Shown: piece after piece, positions 12,640-25,599 of the stretch | Layout: each line of letters opens with the position of its first letter | Position numbering within the stretch: position 1 is the stretch's first letter | Origin: Chiloscyllium plagiosum | Taxonomy: Eukaryota | NCBI RefSeq assembly: GCF_004010195.1 | Contig: NC_057718.1 | Coordinates: 92,288,765 to 92,352,764, forward strand | DNA length: 64,000 nt | Reading direction: 5' to 3' | Made by a program: the position numbers and the translations under genes | The notes under the pieces: generated by a model | What the model saw: only the letters and a program-made list of their open reading frames with translations | Told to the model about the DNA's origin: nothing | Database searches by the model: none

Positions 12640-13065
12640 CCAACTAATTAGACTTACCTTTTCAGAGAATTGCCCATTGCAGGTAATTTGCACTCTGATA
12701 GATTGAGAATTCAGCTAGCGTTGTGAGGCTACTAGTGCTTTTTAAAACCCAGTCAGAGTGCATGCAGTCGTAATTAGCATATTTAGGATTAAGTAGGTTT
12801 GCCATCCGCTAATCATTCTCTAATTCAGTAAGAACCATCTCTCTTCAATACTGGACATTAATCACAGTTGCGAGAGCATGAATATTACATAATAACTAAT
12901 TACATTCTGCAGAATTAACAGGCCCTCATCAGTATGAAATGCAAATGGTCAATGTGTCATCAGACTGTTCTTGCTGAAGGGAAACATAAATATACTGCAT
13001 AATTTTCAGGCTGTATTAGCATAGAGGAGGCACAGTGAGAAATACTTTCAATCATTAAGTGGTTT
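12640..13065. promoter_or_regulatory. Candidate conserved non-coding element
   Basis: Repeat-free, with homeobox/POU-like motifs (gtaattagcatat, taattaca, atgcaaat) and a few retained CpGs. Conservation not verifiable here. Confidence 0.4.
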
Positions 13066-14749
13066 AATGTGAAGAATGAATAGATGGAAAGACATCCTAC
13101 TTCTTCAGTTCTGCTAACGTTCAGACAAGAAGATGAATTTAAATGTAAAACAAATCCATAAACTCTAAATCTTAAATGAGAATGAATTAACTTCTTTAAA
13201 TCTAGAATTTAAGATATGAAACCCATAAATTATATTTTGCTCGTTTCATAAATAAGATGATCAAACTATGAGTCAAGATTCTAGGTAAATGTTGAAATTG
13301 TACTTTTAACCCTGAAAATTAAGGCTTCTGAGCTGCAAAATAAGCAGATGAAAATGTCACTGGTCCACAGCAAAACAATTCCCTTCAGTAATTTAAAACG
13401 GAAAGACTACACTGTATACTTAGACTACAGCATTGTATAGTGCTGTAAATCTTTGCTTGACAATGTGAAAAGCAATTTTAAGTAAGAAACTGGTAATGTA
13501 AGTATATGAGGAATGGAGGGACTGAGTAGAAAAAAAATATATCAAAGAGAGAAGTATCTGTCTTTTTTTGAGATAGAATACCTTTGTTTAATAGTTAAGA
13601 TGAATTTCACTATATATCACTTATTAAACATCTTTGATGATCCTCTGGATGCAAATAAATTGAAAATGTACAGTGAACCCAACAGGAGACAACATAGTTC
13701 ATGAGAACAATAGTTCTGTCTGGTTCAGATACCATTACAACAGACAAATTCATCCACTTATACAATTGTTCCTGTTAGTAAATTGATATTAGATTAGATT
13801 AGATTACAGTGTGGAAACAGGCCCTTTGGCCTAGTTTGGTGTAACTAAAATATGAAATGTGATTTGATAATAGAACAAATATTGCCTTTAAACAGGATAT
13901 CCATTGGATCCAACCATCCATGTGAATACAATTACATATTTATCAAAACTCTCATGCATAGTGTACACTTCCTATATGCATTACCTGTCGTCCCTCATAG
14001 ACTTAACTCAATTAGTTCAAAGTAAAACAAAGCAGTGTCAAAAGAGAATTGAAAAGGTAGGTGAAATCTAATTCAAAAGAAATGATAGATCACACTGGAC
14101 TTTACATTACATCTTGTGCAACATAATATTCAGTAAATATTACTGAAGATCTTTTAGAACTACTTTAAAATGGCATATAAGTGCTGCATTAGGAGCATAC
14201 TGTAAACAACACACTTACATTCTCCTCTTGTGCTGGCCAGCATTCATCCTTTGACTAAGACCCCCTTTCATGGCACTTGCTATTTTCCAAATCTTGCCTT
14301 TTGAAAGATGGCTGCTGCATTTGCCAAAATGGCAAATGTGACTTTAAAAAGTCATTCATTAGCTGCAGTACACTTTCAGATGACGTGCTGGCTCTATATA
14401 AATCTAAGTCCCTTCACTTTTCTGTTCTTGCAAATGCAAATTAGCTTCCAATTCTGGAGAGCTTTAAGTCAAGGCTGCAACTGTTGACCATTTGTTGATT
14501 TGTAAATAACCTCAACCAGGCATAAAAACTCTGAGTGATTAAGCTTGGAATATCTTTGCTTACAGCAATTACACTTTGGGACTTTAAGAGGGACAGCTTC
14601 AATTTATCAGCAGAAAACTCTAAAAGCACATCACATGATCAATCTTTTTATTAAAGTGAGCACCTACATGCATTTTCAGGTGACAAGCACTAACATGTAG
14701 AGGAGAAAGGTGTGCAACTAAAATTGTTTCTGACCAGGAACCAGGAACC

Positions 14750-15002
14750 ACAGAATCATAGAATTGATATGGTTTGGAAGAAGACCATTCAGCCCATCAT
14801 GCCTGCAGCAGTTCTTCAATTTCCTGCTTTCTCTCCATACCTTTGCTTATTATTTCCATCCAAATAATCATCAAATGCTCTCTTGAATGTCTCAATTGAA
14901 CTGGCTTCCACCACAAAGCATTCCATGCCCTGACTTCTCGCTTTGTGAAAAAGGTTTACTCTCACATCATGTTTGCTTCTTTTGCCCATCACTTTAAATC
15001 TA
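14750..15002 (-). mobile_element. CR1 LINE 3' end, old
   Basis: agaatcatagaa tail followed by the degraded CR1 3' region, similar to the copy starting at 59343. Confidence 0.65.
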
Positions 15003-15489
15003 CTAGGAATTGGAAGTGTGTTTTCCCAAACTCTACAGTTCCCACATCAAAAGATACAAATAAAGTGAACTGAAGAGAATTATATAAACTCAAACTGCCC
15101 AGGATGGACACACAGTCATGATCGCCTCTGACACTTCTATGGAAAAGTCCCATCCACTGCTCTCTTTTTGTTTAGGCAGCTGAGACATCCACCTTGCTCC
15201 AGTGAGACCACAGTTCCCTTACTCGGCAAAAACCTTTGGGAAGAAATCAGAGGCCTTAACAGTTCAGCTTTAAACTTAACATTGTGAGGTTAGAAGGAAC
15301 AGGAGAGCTCCATCATGTCCCAAGAGCCTTCTCTGACGTCTGGATTGTCCCCAGGGTTTTCAAAACCCTGGCATCAGGTTCAAATAAAGGTCAGAAGCCA
15401 GAAAGTCACTTTGTGGGGACCAACCACAATGCAATTTTCCCAAGAGTGTCTAGAGTGTCTACTTATTGTTCTATTAAGGATGACAATAC

Positions 15490-16045
15490 GATATTGGATA
15501 GGCCACTTTTGGAATACTGCTTTCAATTTTGGATTCCCTCCCACAGAAGAGATGTTGTTAAACTAGAAAGTGTTCAGGAAAGATTTACAAGGATGTTGCC
15601 AGGGTTGGAGAGTTTGCGCTCTAGAGTGAGTTTGAATAGGTTGGGGTATTTTCACTGAAGCATCAGAGTCTGAGGGATGACCTTATAGAATTTTTTTTAA
15701 ATCATGAGGGGGTGAATAGTAAAGGTCTTTTCCTCAGAGTACGGGAGTCCAAAACTAGAGGGCATAGGTTTAAGATGAGAGGGGAAAGATTTAAAAGGGA
15801 CATAAGGGGCAACATTTTTATGCAGGTGGCGATTGTGTATGAAATGAATTGTCAGAGGAAGTGGTGGAGGTTGGTACAATTACAACATATAAAAAGCATC
15901 GGGATAGGTATATGTATAGGAAAGGTTTAGAAGGATATGGGCCAAATGCTGGCAAATGGGACGAGATTAATTTAGAATATCTGGTTGGCATGGACAAATT
16001 GGACCATTCCTGCTTCTGTTCTGTATATCTCTATGACTCTATGAC
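15490..16045 (+). mobile_element. CR1 LINE 3' end
   Basis: RPLLEYCFQFW...LESVQERFTRMLPGL...SKTRGHRFK; ends ctctatgactctatgac. Confidence 0.92.
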
Positions 16046-16769
16046 AGGTGGACACTGTTGTTGAAAAGCCCTGCAGCTCAAAAGAAGCAGCAGAGTGCCC
16101 TGGCAGATAAACATAGGTGAGAACATCGCAGAAGGAAATAATTTTTTTCCAACTGTTTTGAATAGAAAGCAATCTATGAATTCAATGTCTGGGACAAATC
16201 TTTTGAGGGTGGGAGACCATCTCCACAAGATGGCCTGTCCAGCAGGTGCATCTAAACCCAGGCAGGCTGTGTGGATGTCCAAATCCTTTGGGAACACTGT
16301 TCTCTTGATTTTGAACAAGATGTTGCCAACTAGAAAATCCCAATACTTCAATAGTTTAATTGATGACATGCTGCTTGTGGGTGGTGAGTCCCTCATTCTA
16401 CATCCAGGGAAATGACTCTGGGATGGAACCAAGGAACTGGCACATTGGCCAGTCATGTAATTCTTAGCACCAATCAACCTCCGTTCTTGATTTTGGTTAG
16501 AACTAAAATTCCTCTAATGTTCTGGGCTCACAGAGTGCAATGAGGTTAGTGGAATCTGTTTCTAGTGCAAAACAGTTTCAAAATTACTTTTGAAAATTTT
16601 TCCCCAATAAACTATTGCAATCAATTAAGGAGTCTGAAGTGTCTTAAAAATGATGTCTACCACAGCAATAATACACTCCAGGAACACAAAGTTGGTGCTC
16701 AACATTACTGATCTGTAACTCATGGAAATAAGCCAGATATTCCCTTTTTTGGGGGGTGGGGGAGTCACA

Positions 16770-16975
16770 ATATCACTAGTTAAGCCAACATTTACTGCTC
16801 ATCTCCATTAAGAGTCAACTACATTGCCATGAGTCTAGAGTCACATATTGATTCGGTCAGGTATGGCAGTTGGCTTTCCTGAAGGACATTGGTGAACTAG
16901 ATGGGTTTCCCCAACAATGGTCTTCATCATTAGACTTTTATTGAGTTCAAGTTCTGCCAGCACCATGGTGTGCTG
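16770..16975 (-). mobile_element. SINE-like repeat fragment
   Basis: ttaagagtcaactacattgccatgagtctagagtcacat...gaaggacattggtgaactagatggg resembles a common shark repeat and interrupts the RTE-X-like frame. Confidence 0.5.
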
Positions 16976-19297
16976 TGGGTTGTTTATAATGTTGGGCCAA
17001 AGGTCAATTGGTGGCTTATAGACATTTGTGATGATGCATTTACCTTTTTTGACAGAGATGGATTTGGGGGTCATTCAACATTAGGACTTCTCAGTCTTGT
17101 GTGATGTTTTCTTTAATATAGTTGACTATTGCTGCTTGGAATCATTTGATACATGGGAATGTGGGCTCCAGAGCTGGAGTGGTCCATAATCTGGGTTAAT
17201 TGCACGGTGACCATATGCACATGCCTATCAGAGTAACTTTGCGAGGAGCTTGTGTTTTGCATAGGATACGCCTTCAATGCTAAGTTTTTTTTCCTGAGAG
17301 AATCCATTTTCCCGTAGATTGGACTGAGAACCTAGTAGCTGGATGCATGATGAACAGGAAAAGACAGACTGCTCTATCCAGCTTACCCCATTCAGTTCAG
17401 ATAGCTGAACAAGCCCTTGGCACTCCAACCAAAAGCCAAGTAATTTCCGAGGAGATGTGTTAAGCTAGATAAAAACCCAGGACAAAAATCCAGAAAATTA
17501 CTGCCCAATCTCTTAGGCCTGTCCCAACTCGTAGAGACCATTTTAGCCCTGATTAGCATTCTCAGTTGCCTACCTCCTTCACTAACAGATCTCTACCATC
17601 CTGTCCCCATTTTCCCAGCTAAAATTGGGTCCTTCTCACTTGAAGGATTGAATCAAAATATGTGTCATATAAGGTGGGATTCTTGCGATGCAATGGTAGT
17701 GCCCCTACCTCTGAAGCAGAAATCAAATCCCACACTTGAGGTATGTCATAATACAGTGGAATAGGTTGATTTAAACAGTTACATCTCATGAAATAGCTGG
17801 TGTACTATTCTCTGCAAGATAAACAATCTAATATCAAACTTAATTCAATCTTATATAATTTGAAAATATGTGACCCTGTACTGTTTAGTTGAAATAATTT
17901 GTACTGTATGTACAAACACAATACATTTCATTATTCTATAGACATCAGTTAACACATCCACCTGTCTCTGAAATATAGAAACAAAGCTCTGTGAGTCTAT
18001 CAGGCTGCTAGGGTGCTTCAGACTGGGAATTAATTTGTGACATCTCTGAAATGCTTCAATGTCACCCAACATGTAAAGAGACAAAATAAAGGGAGTAGAC
18101 TGCAGTGCCTTGTATGTATTTCCACCTACAGATTCTGAGCCTTTCTTCTGAAGCACTGAAAGCAGGTCCTGTCTTTACCAGTGTGCATACAGCTATGTCC
18201 TTGACATCATTTGAGTCTATCAGATAATTCAGAATATACTTGTTCCTTAATAAGTTACTGTGCTCGAATTAATATAATGGTTAAACGTTTTAGTATTGCT
18301 ATTATTTTGGCAAAATTAGTGAAAATATTTATTGAAGCTACTGCATTGCACGTAAATATGCAAATTTGACTGTTAATGGTAAATCAAAATTAGATAAAAT
18401 TAAAGGATTCACAATTTAAAAGAATTTTCAGCTAGAATACTTTTTTTGGAAAGGATTTAGCAGTGTGGTTGTAAGTACAAGATATCTTATAGTTTCAGTT
18501 TTAATTAACTAAAGATAGTGACACATGCATGGAATATTTATACAGATTTGCACTGCCTCCAAAGTGAACAAGTTATTCAATATTTCAGCAATGTCATTCC
18601 TTACAATGTTTTAGTTAGTAAAAGTGGTCCCAGAGGCTTGCTCACATTTTTATAAAATTTTAGTCAAGCATCCTTCCAACATTTTTATTTGCATTACAAT
18701 GCTATCTACAAATGAGAAAGGATTAAACTCTGAATTTCACAAGGGAGCTTATTTGATATTAGGAGATACCCCTGTACAGGCTAAGCATAATAGCATTGCG
18801 GAACTTTATAAACAGTTTATGTTTCAGAAATATAGGCTACATTGAACAAGGACAGATGAATGGCCTATACGTTTTCATTCAGAATTAATTATTTGACACA
18901 TAATTGTGCATCTCAGTTTTAGCAATAGCTGCACATGAAAGTCTAACATCTTTGGGATGAATTAAATTTAAGTTTGTTTTGAATTTTTCCACCTCCCACC
19001 ACTACCCATGCCAGTCTCCAATGTTTTCCTCACCCCCACCCTGAGGCAGTGATGCGTTTTAACATAATTCCACAAATGATTCTAGCTCTCTGATATCTCG
19101 GTCAAATGCTAAATCATGCTGTTTGATCATATGCAATGAATATTGATCAGCACACTGTTCATTCATTGGGGCATCATGACCAATATCCATACATGTGCAC
19201 CTTACAACATACATCACAACTTTGCAATCAAGAATGTTTATCTTTCTCCCCCTTCACATGGATGTTGTGGCACTTTGCATACTTCTATTCAAATCTT

Positions 19298-19910
19298 GGC
19301 ACGGTGGCTCAGTGGTTAGCATTGCTGCCTCACAGCACCAGGGACCCGGGTTCAATTCCCACCTCAGGCAACTATCTGTGTGGAATTTGCACATGTCTGC
19401 GTGGGTTTCCTCCCAGGTTAGGTTAATTGGCCATGCTAAATTGCCCGTAGTGTTAGGTGGATTAGTCAGGGGTAAATGTAGGGGTATGGGTCTGGGTGGG
19501 TTGCTCTTCAGAGGGTCGGTGTGGACTTGATAGACTGAAGCGCCTGTTTCCACACTGTAGGGAATCTAATAGCACACACACATAACTTAGAGTGGCACAG
19601 TGGCTCAGTGGTTAGCACTGCTGCCTCACAGCACCAGGAACCCGGGTTCAATTCCCAGCTCAGGCAAGTATCTGTGTGGAGTTTGCACATTCTCCCCGTG
19701 TCTGCATGGGTTTCCTCTGGCTGCTCCAGTTTCCTCCCACAGTCCAAAGATGTGCAGGTTTGGTGAATTGGCCATGCTAAATTGCCTGTTGTGTTAGGTG
19801 AATTAGTCAGGGGTGAATGTAGGGGAATGGGTCTGGGTGGATTGCTCTTTGGAGGGTCGGTGTGGATTTATTGGGCCGAAGGGCCTGTTTCCACACTGTA
19901 GGGAATCTAA
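19298..19910 (+). mobile_element. Two HE1-type SINEs in head-to-tail tandem (about 19298-19570, internally deleted; about 19592-19910, full length)
   Basis: Each begins ggcac(g/a)gtggctcagtggttagca, has the B box gggttcaattccc, and ends cacactgtagggaatctaa. Confidence 0.93.
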
Positions 19911-21331
19911 GATAATCTAATCTAATCTTGGATGAGAGAAGCTGACAAAGCAAAGATTCAAGAATTTTCTGGTTTGTTGAACTTCTTATCCCAATGCATC
20001 ACTGGCTGCATTGAGAATGTCGCCCCAGACTTCACACCAGGATCAAAGCAATGTCATTCACAACTGACCTTGATGAAAGTTGTTCATAAAACTATTGTGA
20101 CCTCCAAGACGCCTTTCCTGAAATTGACCTAAATCAGATGCCAAATCAAAAGGAACCCCAGAATCCAGTAACAGTGATGTCATCAAATATCCTCACAACC
20201 AGTATAAAAAGGAAGCAAATATAAATTTTATGGTGAGTGAAATGAATGATTCACGCATACACATTCCTAATCATTGCAATTCTTTATTAAGTGGAGCTGG
20301 GTTTGCCAGAAACACTACTGCATGAAGACAAGAATAGAATAATGCAGATCCCTCATTTCTCACGGAGAAACTCAAAATGATGGGGAAAAATGGTGCTGAA
20401 TATGAAGAACAAGAGGAATCCACCATGTATTGTTCATTTTCTGGAGCATGAACAGGGAGCTTCCTGACTCTTGGATATGAGCAGCATTGTTTGTGAAATC
20501 TCTGCTACCTCTTTTCAGAAAGGTCACCATTTGTTGAAGGAGCTAATAGAAGTTAAATTGTCTCTTATTTCACAGAACCCACCATGATCTGCAACAAAAG
20601 CAACAACAGCCACATTTAGATGAAGAATTTTTCCCTGTGAAGAAGAACAAAGGCCTTTTACTAGTTCAATTATAAATGAACGCAGGCAAAACTTCAAAAC
20701 GTTCTACAGCCACGACATCTGAGATCTCCTAAGTTATGAATTTAAAAAGGGATCTTCAATCAAGCAAAACTGGCATCTCAAAAATTATGCAGAAATGAGG
20801 TCTCAGCTTCATGGAATTTGGAGCTTCAGGCAGAGGTGAATAACAAACCTTTATAAATGTACACAAAGAATGTCAATGTGAACTTGACATATTGAGAGAA
20901 ATCTTGGAATTTATCCATCAAGTGATGGAAAGCTATCCTCAGAAAACAAGATGCTGAAGTCCCAATTAGATAATTCAATATTAATATTCAGAAATTGTTG
21001 ATCAGCAATAATGGTAGGGTTTTAAGACTGAACAGCTCCCCCTTCAACATCATAATCCCTATCAGACTAATCTTAAAACTCTGAGACCTAGGTCTTGGCT
21101 CCACCCTCTGCAACTGGATCCTCAGCTTCCTGACCCACAGACCGCAATCAGTGAAGATAGACAACAACACCGCCTCCACAATAATCCTGAACACTGGCGC
21201 CCCACAAGGTTGCATTCTCAGCCCCCTACTGTATTCCCTGTACACCCACGACTGTGTAGCCAAATTCCGTATGAATGCCATCTACAAGTTTGCTGACGAT
21301 ACGACTGTGGTAGGACGGATATCAAACAACA

Positions 21332-21435
21332 TTGATTCTCCTGCTCCTCGGATGCTGCCTGACCTGCTATGCTTTTCCACCACCACACTCTCAACTCTGA
21401 TTTCTATCATCTGCAGTCCTCACTTTCTTCTAGGC
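21332..21435 (+). mobile_element. Penelope-derived family A fragment nested in the Rex1 RT
   Basis: 12-bp TSD tatcaaacaaca at 21320-21331 and 21436-21447. Removing it restores GRISNNNES. Confidence 0.85.
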
Positions 21436-21943
21436 TATCAAACAACAATGAGTCAAAATACAAGAAGGAGATAGAGTGCTTGGTGTCATGGTTCAATGCT
21501 AACAATCTCTTTCTCAATGTTGACAAAACAAAAGAACTGATCATTGACTTCAAGAAGAAAAGAGAAGCACCAATTTACATCAACAGTGCTGAGGTGGAGA
21601 GGGTCAAGAACATTAAGTTCCTCGGAGTGACGATGACCAATAATCTGCCCTGGACCCCCCTCATAGATGTGACAGTCAAGAAGGCACAAAAATGCCTCAT
21701 TTTCCTCAGGAAGCTTAGGAAATTTGGAATGTCAATAAGGACCCTCATCAACGTTTACAGATGCACCACTGGGTATCTGGGTACATAACAGCCTAGCATA
21801 GCAACTGCTCTGCCCAGGACCATAAGAAACTATGGCAAGTTGTATGCACAGGCCAGACCAAGATGGAAGCCAACCTCCCATCCATGGACTCCTTTTACAC
21901 TTCTCGTTGCCACAGAAAGGTTGCCAACATCATCAAAGACTAC

Positions 21944-22135
21944 AGATGCTGGAAAGTCAGAGTCAATAAAGTGTGGAGCTGGAAAAAGCACAGCAGGTTA
22001 AACAGCATCAGAGAAGCTGGGGAGTCAATGTTTCAGGTTGGGACCTTTCATCATGACTCCCATCCTGAAATGGTGACTCCCCTCCTCCTGCGATACTGCT
22101 TGACCTGCTGAGCGTTTTCCAGCTCCATACTGTAT
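21944..22135. mobile_element. Palindromic Penelope-derived family A-like insertion nested in Rex1
   Basis: Inverted arms. 19-bp duplication caacatcatcaaagactac / caacatcgtcaaagattac at 21925-21943 and 22136-22154. Confidence 0.8.
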
Positions 22136-22509
22136 CAACATCGTCAAAGATTACTCCCACCCTGGTAATGCTCTCTTCCAACCGCTTCCATCAGGCAGAA
22201 GATACAGAAGCCTGAACACACGTACTAACAGGTTCAAGAACAACTTCTTCCCTACAATTATTAGGCTGCTGAATGGACCTCTGTAATTTCAAATAAAATG
22301 TTGATCTTGCTAGCTAATGTTGATCTTGTTTTGTGTACCTCCTGTGCAGCTGTAAATTTACATACCTCACTCTGTCTAAGCACCCTATGATCTGAATGTT
22401 CTCATTTACAATGATTTGCCTGTATTGCTCACAAAACAAAGCTTTTCACTGCAGTTAGGTACATGTGAGTATAATAAATCAAATCAAATCAAATGAACAA
22501 TATTAACAA

Positions 22510-23243
22510 GCTCCTGTTTGGAAGGTCAGGTGATGCTCATTTAGAATTACAGGAATCATCCATATCTTAGGGAGAGAGAGAGAGACAGATGTGTCTGCTT
22601 TTAGTTTTAATTTGAGTTTTGCGCTGTCCTGTGAGATCCTTGGATATAGATTGTTGTATACATCAATGCTTCTGAGAAGCAAAAGATATGTTAGAGTATT
22701 ATCTTAGAGTAAAGCATCAGTGTTAGTCCCAGTGGGTGTCAGTGTTAGGTGTGTTGGGATAAAACTCTGAAGTGTTTAGTTAAAACTGAGTACATTTAGG
22801 CTTAGGTTATAATAACTCCAGGAAGAACCTACTTTCAGTTCCAGTCCATTTGTTAAAGTTGCAAATGACTTTCCCTGCTGATATGTTGGAGACAAGGACT
22901 CTGATATGAGTGTTGTATGAGTGTCGTTTTTGGGTACTGTACGGGGATATACATGGGATGCTATACAAAAGCTTTTATTCTTATTTTCAATCTGTAAAGG
23001 AGTATTTTGGGATAATACTTATAATACAAAATCAAAGATTTTTAGACACAATATAAGTCAATAGTTTAATTTATTCTATTTATTATTTTTTGTTAATAAA
23101 CTTTTGTTTTATTAATAAAGCAAAATCTACAGCATTGAATGCTCATATTTCGGCAAGAGTCCACATTGTTCATACCAAAACAAATAATAATATCCTGCCT
23201 GATATCTTACTTGTCCAATAATAACCAAAGCTGGGATCACTAA
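22510..23243 (+). mobile_element. Probable decayed solo LTR
   Basis: GA run, T-rich body, aataaa signals and an LTR-like end (cttgtccaata...gctgggatcac). Ends and TSD not resolved. Confidence 0.35.
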
Positions 23244-25599
23244 ATTATGAAGGAACTTCTTATAGATCTGGTCCACAAGGGTATTTCCTTACTGACAAGG
23301 ATTTACTTCTACTTTCAGATGGAGTTCTGGAAATGTTCCTGGCTACAGAGAAGCTGTTATCCCAGTCCACCCCTGCAGACACCTGCATAGATGATGGTAA
23401 AGGAACACACATATCATACATATCCTCAAAGGAACAAAGAAACCTGTTGGAGGTTATGGCATCAAGCCAAAGAGAAATGAGGTGGGGAGTGGGAGCAAAG
23501 GGTCAAATATTCATGGCTAAATATTAATGGTTAAAAGGGATACTGTAAAGAATTGGGGATAATATAATTGTACACAATATTCTGGTCACCACTCATTCTC
23601 TTCATCTTATCATTAGAATTTCAACAGTTACTCACATTAACCATTTCGACCAACTGCCTCACAGACCTCTTGAAAATCACTACAGATCCCTAGTGATGCC
23701 AGTTTGAAAACCATTATCCTATGGGAAGTATAGAATCATTGAAGGCATTTACTAGATTTCCACATTTAACCATGCAAGCACAGACTGTATGAGTTGCTGT
23801 CAGGTTCATATAGTCAGTGAATGCTAACTATTTCATTAATCCAGAATGTTTTTTTTAAGCAATGTGGACCTGTTTCCCACCTTTTATTCAAGACTCTCCA
23901 GAGATGATAATATCATTCTAATGTGTAATGATGAAAAGTTGCAAGATTAAATTAAATTGCAATGTTACCAGATTGTTTAGAACTTTTGACAATGAATCAG
24001 AACCTTCTTCATCCTTCCTTCCCTAAAAAACATTAGACAGAGAATATTCTCTAGTCAGGCTACATCAAGAAGCAATGAATTCTCCACAATGATGAAATAA
24101 AATTTTTGTTGTAATGCAAGGCGTGTGGACTACAATAGCATCTTTATCTCATTTTGAGTTTGAGAATGTAGTGGTGCTTGCTGACAAGGAAGCAGAATTC
24201 TGCATCACAGTGGGATTTGAAAGACTGGGAGAGATAACACTTTACCATAATAGAAGGCTTTCAGCACATGGCAAAAGGTCATGTGTTGTCAGAAATACAA
24301 CATCTACAGCTTTGTATTAAAATAAAGTAATTTCCAGCACTACATTAGTTTCACTTCAGCATCCCTCTGAGAGTCAAGCACAGGTTGACTTTACCCACAT
24401 TTATTAGAGTGCTGTACTTGGCCGTTAAGTTAATAATAATTTACTTAAAGGTTATTTACGTCTTTGTAGGGAATGTATCTTGTTCTACTCTACTTTTTCT
24501 TTTGTGCATTAATGCATGCTTTGAACTATTCCCTAGCTAAGAAGGCATGCAGGTGACATGCTCCAACTTTTTGTCAGTGCTGTTTCAGGACCTGGCCTTT
24601 CTCAGCTAATGCTGGTTTGGAGCTAGCTCAGAAGGAATTATTCAGGCTGAATTAATTTGACTTTCTCTCTCCCTCTGCAGAGAAATGTTTGATTATAGGT
24701 TGCCGTGCCCAGGAACAGGAACTTTACTGGGAGAGAATTGTGGATTTGAGCCTGTCCTTATTGCTTCAGGGCAAGGTGACTGCACATAATTCATGCTACT
24801 TTTGGATGTCTGGTCACCTTTGACAATTTTGATTTGTGAAACTGAAGAAATAAACAAAATGATGAAATGAACAAGTGTGAGGATGGAGATTATAAAGGGA
24901 AAATCTTAATACTTACTGTTTGTCAACTGAATTGTGCTGAAAACAAAATAATAATGATGTAAGTGTTCTGCTTGTGAAAGAAAATTGAAATGTTCAAACT
25001 TAAATCCAAGAGCTGGTGCTACTGTTGTGTGACTATACATATTCATGTCGACCTGTCATTCATGTGATTTTTTGTTTTAAACATCAGAGCAGCAACTGGA
25101 AGTTATTAATACTTAAGCTTCACATTGAAAAATATGGAAAATCATGATTACCATGCTCATGTTATTATGAAAAACTGATTGAAAACTTTAATTGAAACAA
25201 AGTTAACTGTTTATTATGCAGCCGAATCACTTAAATATTGCTCATGTCTTTCAGGTGGCATAATCATCACGTACCAACATTAATTGGAACAGAATTAAGT
25301 TCCATTTCACTTTGTAGCTTTTCTTTAGACTATTTTTTTTTAAATTCCAGGTGGAAGATTTGAAAGCAATTATTGGTAAACTAATGTAAATTAAATAAAA
25401 TATTATTTAAGTTCGTGCAAGTACAAGCAAGGTAGGAAAGCTACAAATTTAACTGGGATTTGTTGTCTCCTACCTTTAAACAGCAGATGTATAAAAATAC
25501 CTTCTTTATCTAGATGTACTACAAATTTAACGCAGAGGATAATTTTCTGTAATTTTAAACTAATGTTCACCTTTTACTATTTTAATGACCAATGCTGTT

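Larger units (their letters stand above)
15010..17300 (-). mobile_element. Highly decayed non-LTR retrotransposon (RTE-X-like), interrupted by a CR1 and a SINE
   Basis: Minus-strand fragments LSIEGVSYAKHKLLAKLL, VTVQLTQ, ITNVYKPP, SHFPG and YWDF fall in the order expected for an APE endonuclease and linker. The RT-side boundary is uncertain. Confidence 0.5.
21030..22494 (+). mobile_element. Rex1/Babar-type LINE, 5'-truncated RT plus 3' UTR
   Basis: [61 protein letters not shown]; tail aataaatcaaatcaaatcaaa. Confidence 0.88.

Noticed and set aside
19298..19680. tRNA genes
   Set aside because: The A/B boxes belong to SINE heads continuing into SINE bodies; no complete cloverleaf is supported.
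25335..25381. Micro-exon (ttccag|GTGGAAGATTTGAAAGCAATTATTG|gtaaac)
   Set aside because: Only 25 nt with a weak donor and no partner exons; expected by chance in AT-rich DNA.
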